From NCBI GenBank assembly GCA_965221125.1, contig CBDCRW010000006.1, positions 32,001 through 96,000 of the forward strand: a stretch of 64,000 nt of DNA, written 5' to 3'. The notes beneath the pieces are model-generated. The model ran no database searches and had not been told where the DNA came from. It saw only the letters and a list, made by a program, of their open reading frames with translations. This document shows positions 52,151 to 62,631 of this stretch, in pieces (within the stretch, counting starts at the first letter, position 1; each line of letters starts with the position of its first letter). The stretch is from Alphaproteobacteria bacterium (GTDB lineage: Bacteria > Pseudomonadota > Alphaproteobacteria > UBA828). Made by a program: the position numbers and the translations under genes.

Positions 52151-53572
52151 GTGCGCCGACACCGCCGCGCCAAGATCGTCGCGACACTCGGGCCGTCGAG
52201 TTCCGACGAGGCGACCGTCCGCGCCCTGTTCGAGACCGGCGTGGACGTCTTCCGCCTCAATTTCAGCCACGGCACCCACGCCGAGCACCGGGCGCGTCAC
52301 GACCTGGTTCGGTCGGTGGAGGCGGCGGCGGGTAGGCCCATCGGGACTCTGGCAGACCTGCAGGGGCCGAAGCTCAGGATCGGGACGTTCCGGGGCGGCG
52401 AGACGCTGCTCGCCCAGGGCCAGCGCTTCACTCTCGACCTCGGCGATGCGCCGGGGGACGAGACCTGCGTCGGCGTGCCGCACGCCGAAGTCTTCGCGGC
52501 GCTTGAGCCCGGCGCCGACGTGCTGCTCGACGATGGCAGGGTGCGGCTACGCGTCGCCGCGTGCGGGCCGGACCGGGCCGAGACCGTGGTGGTGACGCCG
52601 GGCGTCCTCTCCGACCGCAAGGGCCTCAACCTGCCGGGCGTGACGCTCCCCATCGACGCCGTCACCGCCAAGGATCGCGACGATCTCGCCTTCGCCCTCG
52701 GCCTCGGCGTCGACTGGGTGGCGCTCTCCTTCGTCCAGGGCCCGGCGGACATCGCCTCTGCGCGCCGCCTGGTGCCGGACGACGTGGCCATCGTGGCCAA
52801 GCTGGAGAAGCCGAGCGCGCTCGACTGCCTGGAGGAGATCGTCGACCTCTCCGATGCGATCATGGTGGCGCGCGGCGACCTCGGCGTGGAGCTTGCGCCC
52901 GAGGACGTGCCGGCCGCGCAGAAGCGCATCGTCCATGCGGCGCGGAACGCCGGCAAGCCGGTGGTGATCGCGACCCAGATGCTGGATTCGATGATGAATG
53001 CGCCGGCACCCACCCGCGCCGAGGCCTCGGACGTGGCGACGGCGGTCTATGACGGGGCCGATGCGCTCATGCTCTCCGGCGAATCGGCTGCCGGCCGCTT
53101 TCCGCGCGAGGCGGTGGCGATGATGAACCGCATCATCGAGCGCGTGGAAGGCGACGACGCCTACCGGCGCCATGTTCACTGGCAGCAGCAGGACCCCGAG
53201 GCGACGACCGCCGACGCGATCACCGCCGCCGCGCGCCAGGTGGCGGACACGCTGGACGCCGCCAGCATCGTGACCTACACCACATCGGGCTCCACCGCCG
53301 TCAGGGCTGCGCGCGAGCGGCCCAGGGCGCAGATCCTCGTGCTGACGCCGTCGCGCGACACGGCGCGCCGGCTGGCGCTCGTCTGGGGGGTCCACTGCGT
53401 CCACACCGAGGATGCCACCGGGTTCACCGACATGGTGGAGCGCGCGTGCGCCCAGGCGCTCGACGCGGGCCACGCCGAGCCGGGAGAGCGCATCGTCATC
53501 ACCGCCGGCGTCCCCTTCGGCACGCCGGGTACGACCAACGTGCTCCGCATCGCGCGCGTTCAGCCTTCATAG
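52151..53572 (+). CDS. pyk: Pyruvate kinase
   Basis: KIVATLGP, RLNFSHG, DLQGPK, MVARGDLGVE, ATQMLDSM, MLSGESA. Confidence 0.96.
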   Translation: MRRHRRAKIVATLGPSSSDEATVRALFETGVDVFRLNFSHGTHAEHRARHDLVRSVEAAAGRPIGTLADLQGPKLRIGTFRGGETLLAQGQRFTLDLGDAPGDETCVGVPHAEVFAALEPGADVLLDDGRVRLRVAACGPDRAETVVVTPGVLSDRKGLNLPGVTLPIDAVTAKDRDDLAFALGLGVDWVALSFVQGPADIASARRLVPDDVAIVAKLEKPSALDCLEEIVDLSDAIMVARGDLGVELAPEDVPAAQKRIVHAARNAGKPVVIATQMLDSMMNAPAPTRAEASDVATAVYDGADALMLSGESAAGRFPREAVAMMNRIIERVEGDDAYRRHVHWQQQDPEATTADAITAAARQVADTLDAASIVTYTTSGSTAVRAARERPRAQILVLTPSRDTARRLALVWGVHCVHTEDATGFTDMVERACAQALDAGHAEPGERIVITAGVPFGTPGTTNVLRIARVQPS

Positions 53573-53691
53573 GCGACGACTCGTGCCGCGCGCTTGACCC
53601 TTGCCCGCCGCGATTTCTATGCTGCCGGCCTGTCCATGCCGCCGGCGGCGGAGCGGGCGGCGGCCCGCACGAACCCGAAGGAGGGGAAGTC

Positions 53692-54849
53692 ATGAATAAG
53701 CTGTTGTCCGCGGGCCTTGGTGCGCTCGCCGTGCTGGCGATGACGGCGCCAGGCGTGCACGCGCTGGACGACCTCTCGAACTACGTGTTCGTGCCGAACC
53801 GGGCGTCGGCCGACGTTGCGGTCATCGACACGCGCACCGACGCGGTGATCGCGCATATCCCGGTGGGGCAGGTGCCGCACCAGGTCGCGGTCTCGCCGAG
53901 CCTCGGCAAGATGGCGGTGACGAACACCGCCGACGACACCGTCTCCGTGATCGATCTGGCGACGCTCACGGTGACGGCCACCATCCCGCTCGGCCACGAG
54001 CCCGAGCACATGGAGATCGCCCCCTCCGGCGACGTGCTGGCCGTGGGCAACATCGGCGAGGGCACGGTCTCGCTGGTATCGCTCCTCGGCGAGCGCGAGC
54101 TCGCGCGCGTGGACGGGCTGCACGAGCCCCACAACATGACCTTCAGCCCGAACGGCGAGCGCCTCTATGTCGGCAATCTGGGCGCGAGCTTCGTCAGCAT
54201 GATCGACGTACCGCAGGCTATTGTCGCGGGCGAGATCGCCGTCGGGCCCGACCGCGCGCTCGCGCATCACGAGGACGACGAGACCGCCTACCAAGGCATC
54301 ATCAACGTCACCGCGACGCCCGACGGGCGCCTCGGCTTCGCCGCCTACGGCGAGGGCGATCGCATGGCGGTGATCGACCTTGAGGCGGGCCGGACCCTCG
54401 AGACGCTCGAACTCGGCGACACGCCCTGGCGCGCGTTCACCACCACCGACGGCCGCTACATGATCGTCCCCAACAACGGCGACGAGACGGTCTCCGTGGT
54501 CTCGACCGAGACGCTCGAGGAGGTCGCGCGCCTCGCCGGTGCGGCCGACATGACCGGCGTCAACACCGGCGCGTTCGACACGCTCGCCTACGTGATCAGC
54601 CGGGGCGACGACAAGGCGCTGGTGATCGACCTCGAGACCATGCAGCCCGCCGGCGAGGTCGCGCTGCCAGGCACGCCCGAGACCGGCGTGGTCACACCCG
54701 ACGGCACCAAGCTCTACGTCGCTTTGAGCGATGCCGGCACGGTCGCCGTGATTGACGTGGCGACGAAAGCGGTCACCGCGACGATCGACGGCGTGGGCGC
54801 GGAGCCCTGGGGCGCTCACATGGCGGGTGCGGTCAACTACTGTCACTGA
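53692..54849 (+). CDS. Exported YVTN/YncE-type beta-propeller protein
   Basis: Signal peptide; repeated VTN..DDTVSVID, PDG.KLYV blades; ends NYCH. Confidence 0.85.
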   Translation: MNKLLSAGLGALAVLAMTAPGVHALDDLSNYVFVPNRASADVAVIDTRTDAVIAHIPVGQVPHQVAVSPSLGKMAVTNTADDTVSVIDLATLTVTATIPLGHEPEHMEIAPSGDVLAVGNIGEGTVSLVSLLGERELARVDGLHEPHNMTFSPNGERLYVGNLGASFVSMIDVPQAIVAGEIAVGPDRALAHHEDDETAYQGIINVTATPDGRLGFAAYGEGDRMAVIDLEAGRTLETLELGDTPWRAFTTTDGRYMIVPNNGDETVSVVSTETLEEVARLAGAADMTGVNTGAFDTLAYVISRGDDKALVIDLETMQPAGEVALPGTPETGVVTPDGTKLYVALSDAGTVAVIDVATKAVTATIDGVGAEPWGAHMAGAVNYCH

Positions 54850-54899
54850 CCGCGGCGGCTTTCTCGACGGCTGCGTTCGCCCGCTTCGCGGCAGGCCTC

Positions 54900-55694
54900 T
54901 TGGCGCTGGCGGCGCTCGCCGGCGCCTCCGCTGCACACGCCGAGGCTGAGGCCCCGCGCGACCGCCTGCTCGGCGCCGTGGCACGCCACGCGGCCCTGCC
55001 GGCGACGCTCGCGGCGGACGTCGCGCGGCACTGCCCACCCGCCGATACCCGCTGCGCCGCCCGGCTGATCGCGGGCAGCCTCGCTGCCGCGCGCCTGGTT
55101 CGGGTGAACCACCCCGATACCGACACGATCCGCCGGGCGCGCACGGAGCCCTCGGTCGCCGCCGCCGAGCGGCGGGATGACGGGGCGCTGGTCGTGGTGC
55201 TCGACCGCTTCGGCCGTACGGCCGACCGCGAGGTCGCCGATGCCGTCGCCGCGCGCGGGGTCGGCGCACCGGGCCGGCTGGTGCTCGACCTTCGCGGCAA
55301 CGGCGGCGGGGACTTCGACCGGATGCGCCGGGTCGCGAGCCTCTTCACCGGACCGGTAGAGGGGGCGATCCGCTTGGTCGGCCTGAATGGCGCGACCGGC
55401 GTGGCGCTCCCCGCGCCGCTTCGAGACCTGGGGCTGGATGACGCCGCGATCGACGTGCTGATCGGCCCCGGCACGGCGAGCAGCGCGGAGGTGCTGGCGG
55501 CGCTGCTGCGCCGGCACGCCAACGCCCGGCTCGTGGGCGCACGGACAGCGGGCAAGGACTGGCTCACGCGCCTTGTCCCGGTCGATCACGACTGGCGGCT
55601 CGCGATCCCCGCCGAGCGCATCGGGGTGCCGGGCGAGCATCTGGCGGGGGGTCTTCTGCCGGATGTCGAGCTCCCGCCCACCGCCGAGCCGTGA
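54900..55694 (+). CDS. Short S41-family peptidase-like protein
   Basis: LVLDLRGNGGG, GTASSAEV, GARTAGK; start uncertain; no PDZ evident. Confidence 0.65.
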   Translation: MALAALAGASAAHAEAEAPRDRLLGAVARHAALPATLAADVARHCPPADTRCAARLIAGSLAAARLVRVNHPDTDTIRRARTEPSVAAAERRDDGALVVVLDRFGRTADREVADAVAARGVGAPGRLVLDLRGNGGGDFDRMRRVASLFTGPVEGAIRLVGLNGATGVALPAPLRDLGLDDAAIDVLIGPGTASSAEVLAALLRRHANARLVGARTAGKDWLTRLVPVDHDWRLAIPAERIGVPGEHLAGGLLPDVELPPTAEP

Positions 55695-55744
55695 CCGGCG
55701 CCCTCTTCGCGTGTCTAATGCGCCCGTCAACGAGGAGAATAGGA

Positions 55745-56224
55745 ATGACACGGTTCGGTGGCGTCGCCGTTGCTCTGGTCGCCGCCCTGGCGTCAGTCGC
55801 CACGGCGGTGCCCTTGGCGGCGCACGAGGAAAAGACCGCGCACATCACGCTCGTTCACCCCTGGTCGCGGCCGGCGCCGCAGGGGCAGAACGGCGTGATC
55901 TATCTCGAAATCCGGAACGACGGCGAGGTCGACGATCGTCTGATCGGGGTCAGCACGCCTCTCGCCGAGAGGGTGGAGCTGCACCGGAGCACCATGGAGG
56001 ACGGCATCCACCGCATGGAGAAGGTGGAGAGCATCACGGTGCCGGCGGGCGGCACGGTCGAGCTCGCGCCCGGCGGCCTTCACGTCATGCTGGTCGGCCT
56101 CAAGTTCATGCTGATGGCGGAGGAAACGATTCCCGTCACCTTCACCTTCGAGCAGGCGGGCGACGTCACGGCCACGTTTGCAGTGGAGACCCGGAGCGGC
56201 GGCGATTCCGGGTACGGCCACTGA
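55745..56224 (+). CDS. Copper chaperone PCu(A)C
   Basis: Signal peptide; ELHRSTMEDGIHRM...LAPGGLHVML. Confidence 0.88.
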   Translation: MTRFGGVAVALVAALASVATAVPLAAHEEKTAHITLVHPWSRPAPQGQNGVIYLEIRNDGEVDDRLIGVSTPLAERVELHRSTMEDGIHRMEKVESITVPAGGTVELAPGGLHVMLVGLKFMLMAEETIPVTFTFEQAGDVTATFAVETRSGGDSGYGH

Positions 56225-56244
56225 GGCCGCGGCAACGAAGAACG

Positions 56245-57321
56245 TCAGTCGCCGAGGCGCTGGCCGCTCTTCCGGTCGAAGAGGTGAAGCGATTCGAGGC
56301 GCGGCATCAGGCGGATCGTTTCGCCGGGCTCGAAGTCGTGCCGCTCCTTGAACTCGGCGCAGACCTCGTGCCCGGCCATCTCGCAGAACACGAGCGTGCT
56401 GGAGCCGGTCGGCTCCACCACCGAGACCGTGGCCTCGACGCCCGCGCCGTTGGCTGAAAGCGCCAGGTCCTCGGGGCGGATGCCGTAGACGATCGGCTGT
56501 CCCTCGCCCGCGCGGGCACCCGGCGGCAGCGGCAAAGCGGTGCCGTCGTCTGCGGTCGCTGCCGGCGCGTCGCCCGCCGCGCCGCCCGAGGCCTCGATGA
56601 AGTTCATCGCCGGCGAGCCGATGAAGCCCGCGACGAAGAGGTTGGCGGGGCGGTCGTAGAGATCGAGCGGGCGGCCCACCTGCTCGACCCGGCCCAGGTT
56701 CATCACCACGATGCGCTCGGCCATGGTCATGGCTTCCACCTGGTCGTGGGTGACGTAGATCGAGGTGGTGCGCAGCCGCTGGTGCAGCGCCTTGATTTCC
56801 GTCCGCATCTGCACGCGGAGCTTGGCGTCGAGGTTGGACAGCGGCTCGTCGAAGAGGAACACCTGCGGGTCACGCACGATGGCGCGCCCCATGGCGACGC
56901 GCTGGCGCTCGCCGCCCGAGAGCTGGCGCGGCAGGCGGTTGAGCAGGTTCGTCAGCCCCAGGATCTGGGCCGCGCTGTCCACCCGCTCGCGGATCAGGTT
57001 CTTGTCCTCTCGGCGCAGGCGCAGGCTGAAGCCCATGTTCTGGCGCACGGTCATGTGTGGGTAGAGGGCGTAGTTCTGAAACACCATGGCGACGTCGCGG
57101 GCCTTGGGCGCCATGTCGTTCACCACCGTGTCACCGATGGCGATCTCGCCGTCGTTGACCTCCTCGAGGCCGGCGATCATCCGCAGCAGCGTCGACTTGC
57201 CGCAGCCCGATGGGCCGACGAGAACCAGGAACTCGCCGTCGTGGATGTCGATCGAGACGCCGTGAATCACGGCCGTGTCGTCGAAGGACTTGTGGACCTC
57301 GCGGACCGATACCGTTGCCAT
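56245..57321 (-). CDS. Sugar-type ABC transporter ATP-binding protein (MalK/UgpC-like)
   Basis: GPSGCGKST, FQNYALYPH, LSGGERQR, DEPLSNLD. Confidence 0.93.
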   Translation of the reverse strand: MATVSVREVHKSFDDTAVIHGVSIDIHDGEFLVLVGPSGCGKSTLLRMIAGLEEVNDGEIAIGDTVVNDMAPKARDVAMVFQNYALYPHMTVRQNMGFSLRLRREDKNLIRERVDSAAQILGLTNLLNRLPRQLSGGERQRVAMGRAIVRDPQVFLFDEPLSNLDAKLRVQMRTEIKALHQRLRTTSIYVTHDQVEAMTMAERIVVMNLGRVEQVGRPLDLYDRPANLFVAGFIGSPAMNFIEASGGAAGDAPAATADDGTALPLPPGARAGEGQPIVYGIRPEDLALSANGAGVEATVSVVEPTGSSTLVFCEMAGHEVCAEFKERHDFEPGETIRLMPRLESLHLFDRKSGQRLGD

Positions 57322-57342
57322 GACTGCCTCCTACAACCCAGC

Positions 57343-58251
57343 CTAGCCCTTGACCGCACCGAGGGTAAGCCCGCGCACGATGTAGCGCTGCGCGAACAGC
57401 GCGATCAGAACCGGCGGGATCATGGCGATGAGCGAGCGCACCGCCACGAACCAGAACTGCACGCCGCGCGAATCCACGCCGCCCGCGATATGGACCGGCA
57501 TGGTCGCCGAATCCTTGATGGTCAGGATCACCGCAAACAGATACTCGTTCCAGGCGAACGCGAACATGATGAGCGCGGACGCTGCGATCGCCGGCAGCGC
57601 GAGCGGAATCGCCACGCGAAAGAACGCGATGAAGTGCGAGGCGCCGTCCACCAGCGCCGCCTCCTCCAGCTCGATCGGCAGGTCCTGGAAGGTCTGACGC
57701 ACGATCACCACCACGAAGGGCAGGATGAAGGTGGCGTTGACCAGGATCAGCGCGGCATGGGTGTCCAGCATGTCGAGGGAGGAGAAGACGATGAAGAAGG
57801 GCACCGCGGTCGCCACCGGCGGCAGCACCCGCTGCGACAGGAACCAGATCGTGAGGTCCTTGTTCTTGATGCGCTTGAAGCGGAAGCGCGCCAGCGCGTA
57901 GGCCGCCGGCAGGCCGAGGACGAGCGCGATCAGCACCGAGCAGACGGAGATGATCAGGCTATTGCCGAAGGCGTTGGCGGCCTCCGGCGTCGAAATCTGC
58001 GATATCCAGTTCTCGAGCGTCGGCGTGAAGTCGAGGAAGGGGACGCCGAGGCCGGCCACCGTGAAGGTGTCCGCCGGCGCGCGCAGGCTGTTGGAGACCG
58101 CCCAGTAGATGGGGAAGAAGAAGATCAGCGCGATGAAGATCGCGATGATCGAGAAGCCGGCATCGGCGAACCAGAGCCGCTTGCGCTTGGCCCGCGCCTG
58201 GGGGACGCCGGCGGGCTGGCCGAACAGCGACTTGCCCAAGCCGCTAAGCAT
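57343..58251 (-). CDS. Carbohydrate ABC permease (MalG-like)
   Basis: ELEEAALVDGAS loop, WNEYLFA, GLTLGAVKG. Confidence 0.9.
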   Translation of the reverse strand: MLSGLGKSLFGQPAGVPQARAKRKRLWFADAGFSIIAIFIALIFFFPIYWAVSNSLRAPADTFTVAGLGVPFLDFTPTLENWISQISTPEAANAFGNSLIISVCSVLIALVLGLPAAYALARFRFKRIKNKDLTIWFLSQRVLPPVATAVPFFIVFSSLDMLDTHAALILVNATFILPFVVVIVRQTFQDLPIELEEAALVDGASHFIAFFRVAIPLALPAIAASALIMFAFAWNEYLFAVILTIKDSATMPVHIAGGVDSRGVQFWFVAVRSLIAMIPPVLIALFAQRYIVRGLTLGAVKG

Positions 58252-59197
58252 AGGTCTGCCTGAGCCGGCGGAAGAAGAGCGTGACGATGATCATCACGAC
58301 GATCAGCAGCAGGTAAGCCATGGCCGACGCGTAGCCGAAGTCGTTCAGCTTGAAGCCGCGCGTGAACGCCAGGTAGCTGTATGACTGGGTGGCAATTCCG
58401 GGCCCGCCCTTGGTCAGCGTCGCGATGATGTCGAAGAGCTTGACCGCCTCCGCCAGTCGCAGCAGCAGCACGATGATGATGACCGGCTGCAGCATCGGGA
58501 TCACGACGATGCGCCACAGATCCCATGCCGAGCCGCTGTCCAATCGCGCGCACTCCACAAGATCGTCGGGGATGCTCTGAAGCCCGGCGAGGAACACAAG
58601 GAAGCAGAACGGCGTCCATTGCCATATGTCGACCAATATGACCGAGACGAGGGCCCAATCCGGGTGCGACAACCATGGTATGCCCAGGAATTCGAGCGGG
58701 CCGCCGATCTCGTAGAAGACAGTAAAGAACAGGTATCCGACCGCGATCGGAGTCGCGAAAATCGGCAATATCATGATCGTTCGCAAGACCGCTCGCCCGA
58801 ATATGTATCGGTGGAAGAGGAAGGCGAGCAGGAATCCCAGTACAATCTCGAGCGTCACCGCCGTGAACACGAAGATCGCGGTGACCTTGACCGCAGACCC
58901 CACCTCCTCGTCGCCGAAGGCACGGATGAAGCTGGCGAAGCCGTTCCAGGTGAAGTTGGTCTGAAGCTCGCGGTGCACCACGGTCTTGGTGCGGGGCTCG
59001 CCGCTCTTCTTGAGCACGGGCTCGCCGGCCTCGTTGAGCACGGGCACCTTCTCGCGCCCGGTGACGACCACCTTGCGGTCGACGTCATGGAAGCTGAGAT
59101 AGAGAGAATAGCCGAGCGGGAAGACGGTGAACGCCAGCACCCAGAAGACGGCCGGCAGCAAGAAGACGAACTTGACCGGCTTGGTCCAGCGGATCAT
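58244..59197 (-). CDS. Carbohydrate ABC permease (MalF-like)
   Basis: DIWQWTPF, AGLQSIP, ECARLD, TKGGPG. Confidence 0.9.
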   Translation of the reverse strand: MIRWTKPVKFVFLLPAVFWVLAFTVFPLGYSLYLSFHDVDRKVVVTGREKVPVLNEAGEPVLKKSGEPRTKTVVHRELQTNFTWNGFASFIRAFGDEEVGSAVKVTAIFVFTAVTLEIVLGFLLAFLFHRYIFGRAVLRTIMILPIFATPIAVGYLFFTVFYEIGGPLEFLGIPWLSHPDWALVSVILVDIWQWTPFCFLVFLAGLQSIPDDLVECARLDSGSAWDLWRIVVIPMLQPVIIIVLLLRLAEAVKLFDIIATLTKGGPGIATQSYSYLAFTRGFKLNDFGYASAMAYLLLIVVMIIVTLFFRRLRQTYA

Positions 59198-59224
59198 GGC
59201 CGGCTAGGACTCACTGAACAAGGC

Positions 59225-59269
59225 GGGGCGCAGGGCAGGCGCGGCTTGAGTGCGGCCGCCCTGCGCCCC
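59225..59269 (-). promoter_or_regulatory. Intercistronic stem-loop between binding-protein and permease genes
   Basis: GGGGCGCAGGGC (59225-59236) / GCCCTGCGCCCC (59258-59269) perfect 12 bp inverted repeat. Confidence 0.5.
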
Positions 59270-59285
59270 AGTCGATGACCCTGGA

Positions 59286-60929
59286 CTATCCGCCGAAGCC
59301 GATCGCCTCCTGGTACTGCTGGAGGATCTTTTCACGGCCCAAACGGTCCGTGATGTCCTGCCAGGACGCTGCGGTATCGGAAAGAGCTTCCTGAGCGGTC
59401 TTCTGGCCGCTCATGGCCGCGGACAGGTTCTTGTCCATGATGTCCCAGTACGCGGGCGCGCCCTCGATCCTGAGATAGGTCAGGATCGTCGGTGCGGTGA
59501 AGTTGTCGTAGTAGGCCTGCGTGTACTCGGCGACATCGTCGGCATGCCAGCCGGCGGCCACGTAGTCCTCGATCTTCGCCTCACCCAGCGGCTCCAGGAA
59601 CTGGTAGTAGTACCCCGGATCGACACCGGTCCAGCCGTGATACGCGCCCCAGTTCGACGACGGCTTGATCGCCATCAGCGAGAGGAACGAGTAGGCGGCG
59701 TCCGGGTTCTCCGAGAAGGCCGAGATCACGCCGTGCCACGAGCCGCCGGTGGTGTTGCCGACCGGCTGCGGGTCGTCGGTCTCGACCCAGGCGCCGTTCT
59801 CGTGATCCCAGTACTTGTCGGAGCTGGGCATGAGCGCCGAACCGCAGATCCCCTTGATCTTGGAACGCGATTCATCCTGGCAGAGCGAGCCCACGTCGCC
59901 CCAGCTGAACACGAACACCGACTTGCCGCGCAGGAAGTAGTCCCACGCCTCGCCCAGGCTCCAGCCGACCTGCGCCTCGGGGCCGGTCTTGTGCAGCTCC
60001 TGCAGGAACTCGAGCGCCGCGACATGGCCGGGGCTGTCGATCAGCGGCCTCATGTCGGTGGGATCGAACCAGTAGACGTTGTGGTACTGGGTCACCGCCT
60101 CGCCCGGCGTCATGGCGAAGGACGCGGAGAGCGACTGGAAGTGATAGTGCCCCTGCTCGCCCACCTTGAGGTGGAGCACGGTGCCGCTATCGGCCTCGTC
60201 GTCGTTGGCATCCCAGTTCTTGCCGTCGAAATACTGCGAGATGTCGAGGAGCTGCTGCCATGTCTTGGGCGGGACAGGCATGTCGTAGCCCTTCTCCGCC
60301 TTGAACGCGGCCTGGTGCTCGGGGTCGTTGAGCACGTCGCGCCGGTAGTAGAGCACTTGGCCGTCGGCGTCGTTGAGCACGCCGTAGCCCACGTCCCCCC
60401 AGGTGTGCAGGGTCTTGAGCGAGTCCGGCATGGAATCGTAGGTCCATTGCGGATGCTCGCCGCTCTCCATGTACTCCTCGATGGGGAGCATGTAGTCGCC
60501 GGCGACCAGGTCGCCGTAGAAGAAGGCGCCGACGATGATCCCGTCGTAGAGGCCGGTGCCTTGACGCAGGTCGAGCATCATCTTGGCGTAGAGGTCGGTG
60601 ATCGGCGTGAGCGCGATCTCGAGCTTGCCGCCGGAAAGCTCTTCCCAGATCGGGCGGAAGCTGAAGATCGGCCCCGAGATCCCGCCGCGCGGACCCGAAT
60701 CGAGGGTGAGCACGGTGATCGTGGTGCCCTCGAACGGCGCTTCGCCGGGCCCGAAGAGGGAGCCCAGCTCATCCCGCGAGGTCTTGATTACGGCGCCGTC
60801 CTCCATGATGAGGTCGACGGAACCATCGTCGTGCCACACGACGTGGCTGTCTTGCGCCATTGCGTCTGACGCGGTCAGTGCGGCGAGCGCCACACCGGCC
60901 GAAACCAAACCGGCTCGTAAGGCCTTCAT
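59286..60929 (-). CDS. ABC transporter extracellular solute-binding protein
   Basis: Signal peptide; LYYRRD, PPKTW; first gene of the ABC operon. Confidence 0.88.
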   Translation of the reverse strand: MKALRAGLVSAGVALAALTASDAMAQDSHVVWHDDGSVDLIMEDGAVIKTSRDELGSLFGPGEAPFEGTTITVLTLDSGPRGGISGPIFSFRPIWEELSGGKLEIALTPITDLYAKMMLDLRQGTGLYDGIIVGAFFYGDLVAGDYMLPIEEYMESGEHPQWTYDSMPDSLKTLHTWGDVGYGVLNDADGQVLYYRRDVLNDPEHQAAFKAEKGYDMPVPPKTWQQLLDISQYFDGKNWDANDDEADSGTVLHLKVGEQGHYHFQSLSASFAMTPGEAVTQYHNVYWFDPTDMRPLIDSPGHVAALEFLQELHKTGPEAQVGWSLGEAWDYFLRGKSVFVFSWGDVGSLCQDESRSKIKGICGSALMPSSDKYWDHENGAWVETDDPQPVGNTTGGSWHGVISAFSENPDAAYSFLSLMAIKPSSNWGAYHGWTGVDPGYYYQFLEPLGEAKIEDYVAAGWHADDVAEYTQAYYDNFTAPTILTYLRIEGAPAYWDIMDKNLSAAMSGQKTAQEALSDTAASWQDITDRLGREKILQQYQEAIGFGG

Positions 60930-61052
60930 CTTTTCACTCTCCCTTGTCGTGAACCGTCGTCACTGCCTTCAAGGCGTGATCGGCGAATATAGACGACGCG
61001 GCCGGGACAGGAAACCGGCCGATGCCGCGCTGCGTGCTCAGAAGCGCCGCCC

Positions 61053-61742
61053 CTACATCACCAGGGCGATCGGGCGGACCGGGCAGCCGGTCCCGTCCCG
61101 CAGCTTGAGCGGGGCGGCAACGAACAGGAACTCCTTGCCCACCAGCGCGCCCAGGTTGCACATCTGCTGGACCATGCAGATGTTGGCCTCCAGCCAGATG
61201 CGGTGGGTGGGCCACCACCACTCGGTGGGGTCGTCCATGCCGATCAGGTCGGTGCCGAAGAGCGCGATCTCCTGCTCCACCAGCCAGTGGGCGGTCTCGG
61301 TGGGCACGTAAGGCCGGTTCAGGGTGAAGCCGGGCTTGCCCCAGTCGTCCTCGACCCCGGCCCAGACGAGGAGCGCCGTGCCGGGCCGAACCGCGCGGCC
61401 CGACGCTTCGGCCGCGGCTTCGAGATCGGCGATGGTGATCGCCTCGCCGTTCTGCCGGTGGGTGAGGTCGAGCAGGTGCCCGGGCAGAACGAGGCGTTCC
61501 AGCGGCACGTCGGCGACGTCGGTGGCGCCCCGCGTGCAATGGCGCGGGACATCCAGGTGGGTGCCGCAATGCTCCGGCAGCAGCATCATGCGGGATTCCA
61601 TCGAGAGCTTGCCGTCGCTCAGCGTCTCCAGCTCGTCGAAGGAGTTGACCGGCCAGAAGGCCACGGCCGCGCCGCCGATATTCGGCATGTTGTGGAACAT
61701 CGTGTGGCCGAGATCGACGATCTCCTTCGGCACCATGGTCAT
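61053..61742 (-). CDS. Cyclase family (kynurenine formamidase-like) metal hydrolase
   Basis: EHCGTHLDVPRH, APLKLRDGTGCPVR. Confidence 0.88.
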   Translation of the reverse strand: MTMVPKEIVDLGHTMFHNMPNIGGAAVAFWPVNSFDELETLSDGKLSMESRMMLLPEHCGTHLDVPRHCTRGATDVADVPLERLVLPGHLLDLTHRQNGEAITIADLEAAAEASGRAVRPGTALLVWAGVEDDWGKPGFTLNRPYVPTETAHWLVEQEIALFGTDLIGMDDPTEWWWPTHRIWLEANICMVQQMCNLGALVGKEFLFVAAPLKLRDGTGCPVRPIALVM

Positions 61743-61954
61743 TGTCCGTCTCCCCTGTGCTCGCCGGCATTCGATGAGGCCGGCTGCTCCCGGCCCGGCC
61801 ATCGCGCTGCCCGAGCTTAGCCCGGAATTCTCGCCGGGGTCATGGCCTGCGCGCTGGTCCTTGTGTCTTTTGTTCCCGTTGCCGCGCTGCGGGCGGAGCC
61901 ATAATCTCTGCGGCTCGCCTCAGGCTCCCGAGGCCAGCCAGCGTGGAGGACAAC

Positions 61955-62614
61955 ATGGGCAAGATGATCGAGTTCGGCTGCCCCGGCGGCAGCGAGGCGG
62001 AGGGATACCTGGCGGAGGCGCCGGGATCGCGCGCGGGCCTCGTCGTCATCCAGGAGTGGTGGGGCCTCAACGATCAGATCAAGGGGACCGCCGACCGCTT
62101 CGCAGGAGCCGGCTTCACCGCGCTCGCCCCCGATCTCTACCACGGCCGGGTGACGCAGGAGCCCGACGAGGCCAACCACATGATGGAAGGGCTGGACTGG
62201 GTCGGCGCGACCGAGGTCGAAATCCACGGCGCCTGCACGCGGCTCAAGGAGAGCTGCGACAAGGTCGGCGTCACCGGGTTCTGCCTGGGCGGCGCGCTCA
62301 CCGTCATCGCCTGCGTGAAGGTCCCCGCGTGCGATGCCGGCGTCTCGTTCTACGGCATCCCGCCCAAGGAGCAGGCCGACCCGGCCGACATCACGGTGCC
62401 GTTCCAGGGTCATTTCGCCAACACCGACTGGTGGTGCACGCCGGAGCTGGTGACCGCGCTGGAGAACACCATGAAGGACTCCGCGTCGCCGGTGGAGATC
62501 TACCGCTACGACGCCGAGCACGCCTTCTTCAACGAGCAGGACGACGCCCACCACCCGGAGTCCGCCGCGCTCTCCTGGGAGCGGACGCTGGCGTTCTTCC
62601 GCGCGCACCTCTGA
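61955..62614 (+). CDS. Dienelactone hydrolase family protein
   Basis: QEWWGLN, APDLY, GFCLGG, HAFFN. Confidence 0.9.
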   Translation: MGKMIEFGCPGGSEAEGYLAEAPGSRAGLVVIQEWWGLNDQIKGTADRFAGAGFTALAPDLYHGRVTQEPDEANHMMEGLDWVGATEVEIHGACTRLKESCDKVGVTGFCLGGALTVIACVKVPACDAGVSFYGIPPKEQADPADITVPFQGHFANTDWWCTPELVTALENTMKDSASPVEIYRYDAEHAFFNEQDDAHHPESAALSWERTLAFFRAHL

Positions 62615-62631
62615 CGCCGCGCAGGTCTGCG

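Noticed and set aside
50853-53572. Tartrate utilisation (ttu) operon
   Set aside because: Only glycerate kinase and pyruvate kinase; no tartrate dehydrogenase or transporter recognised.
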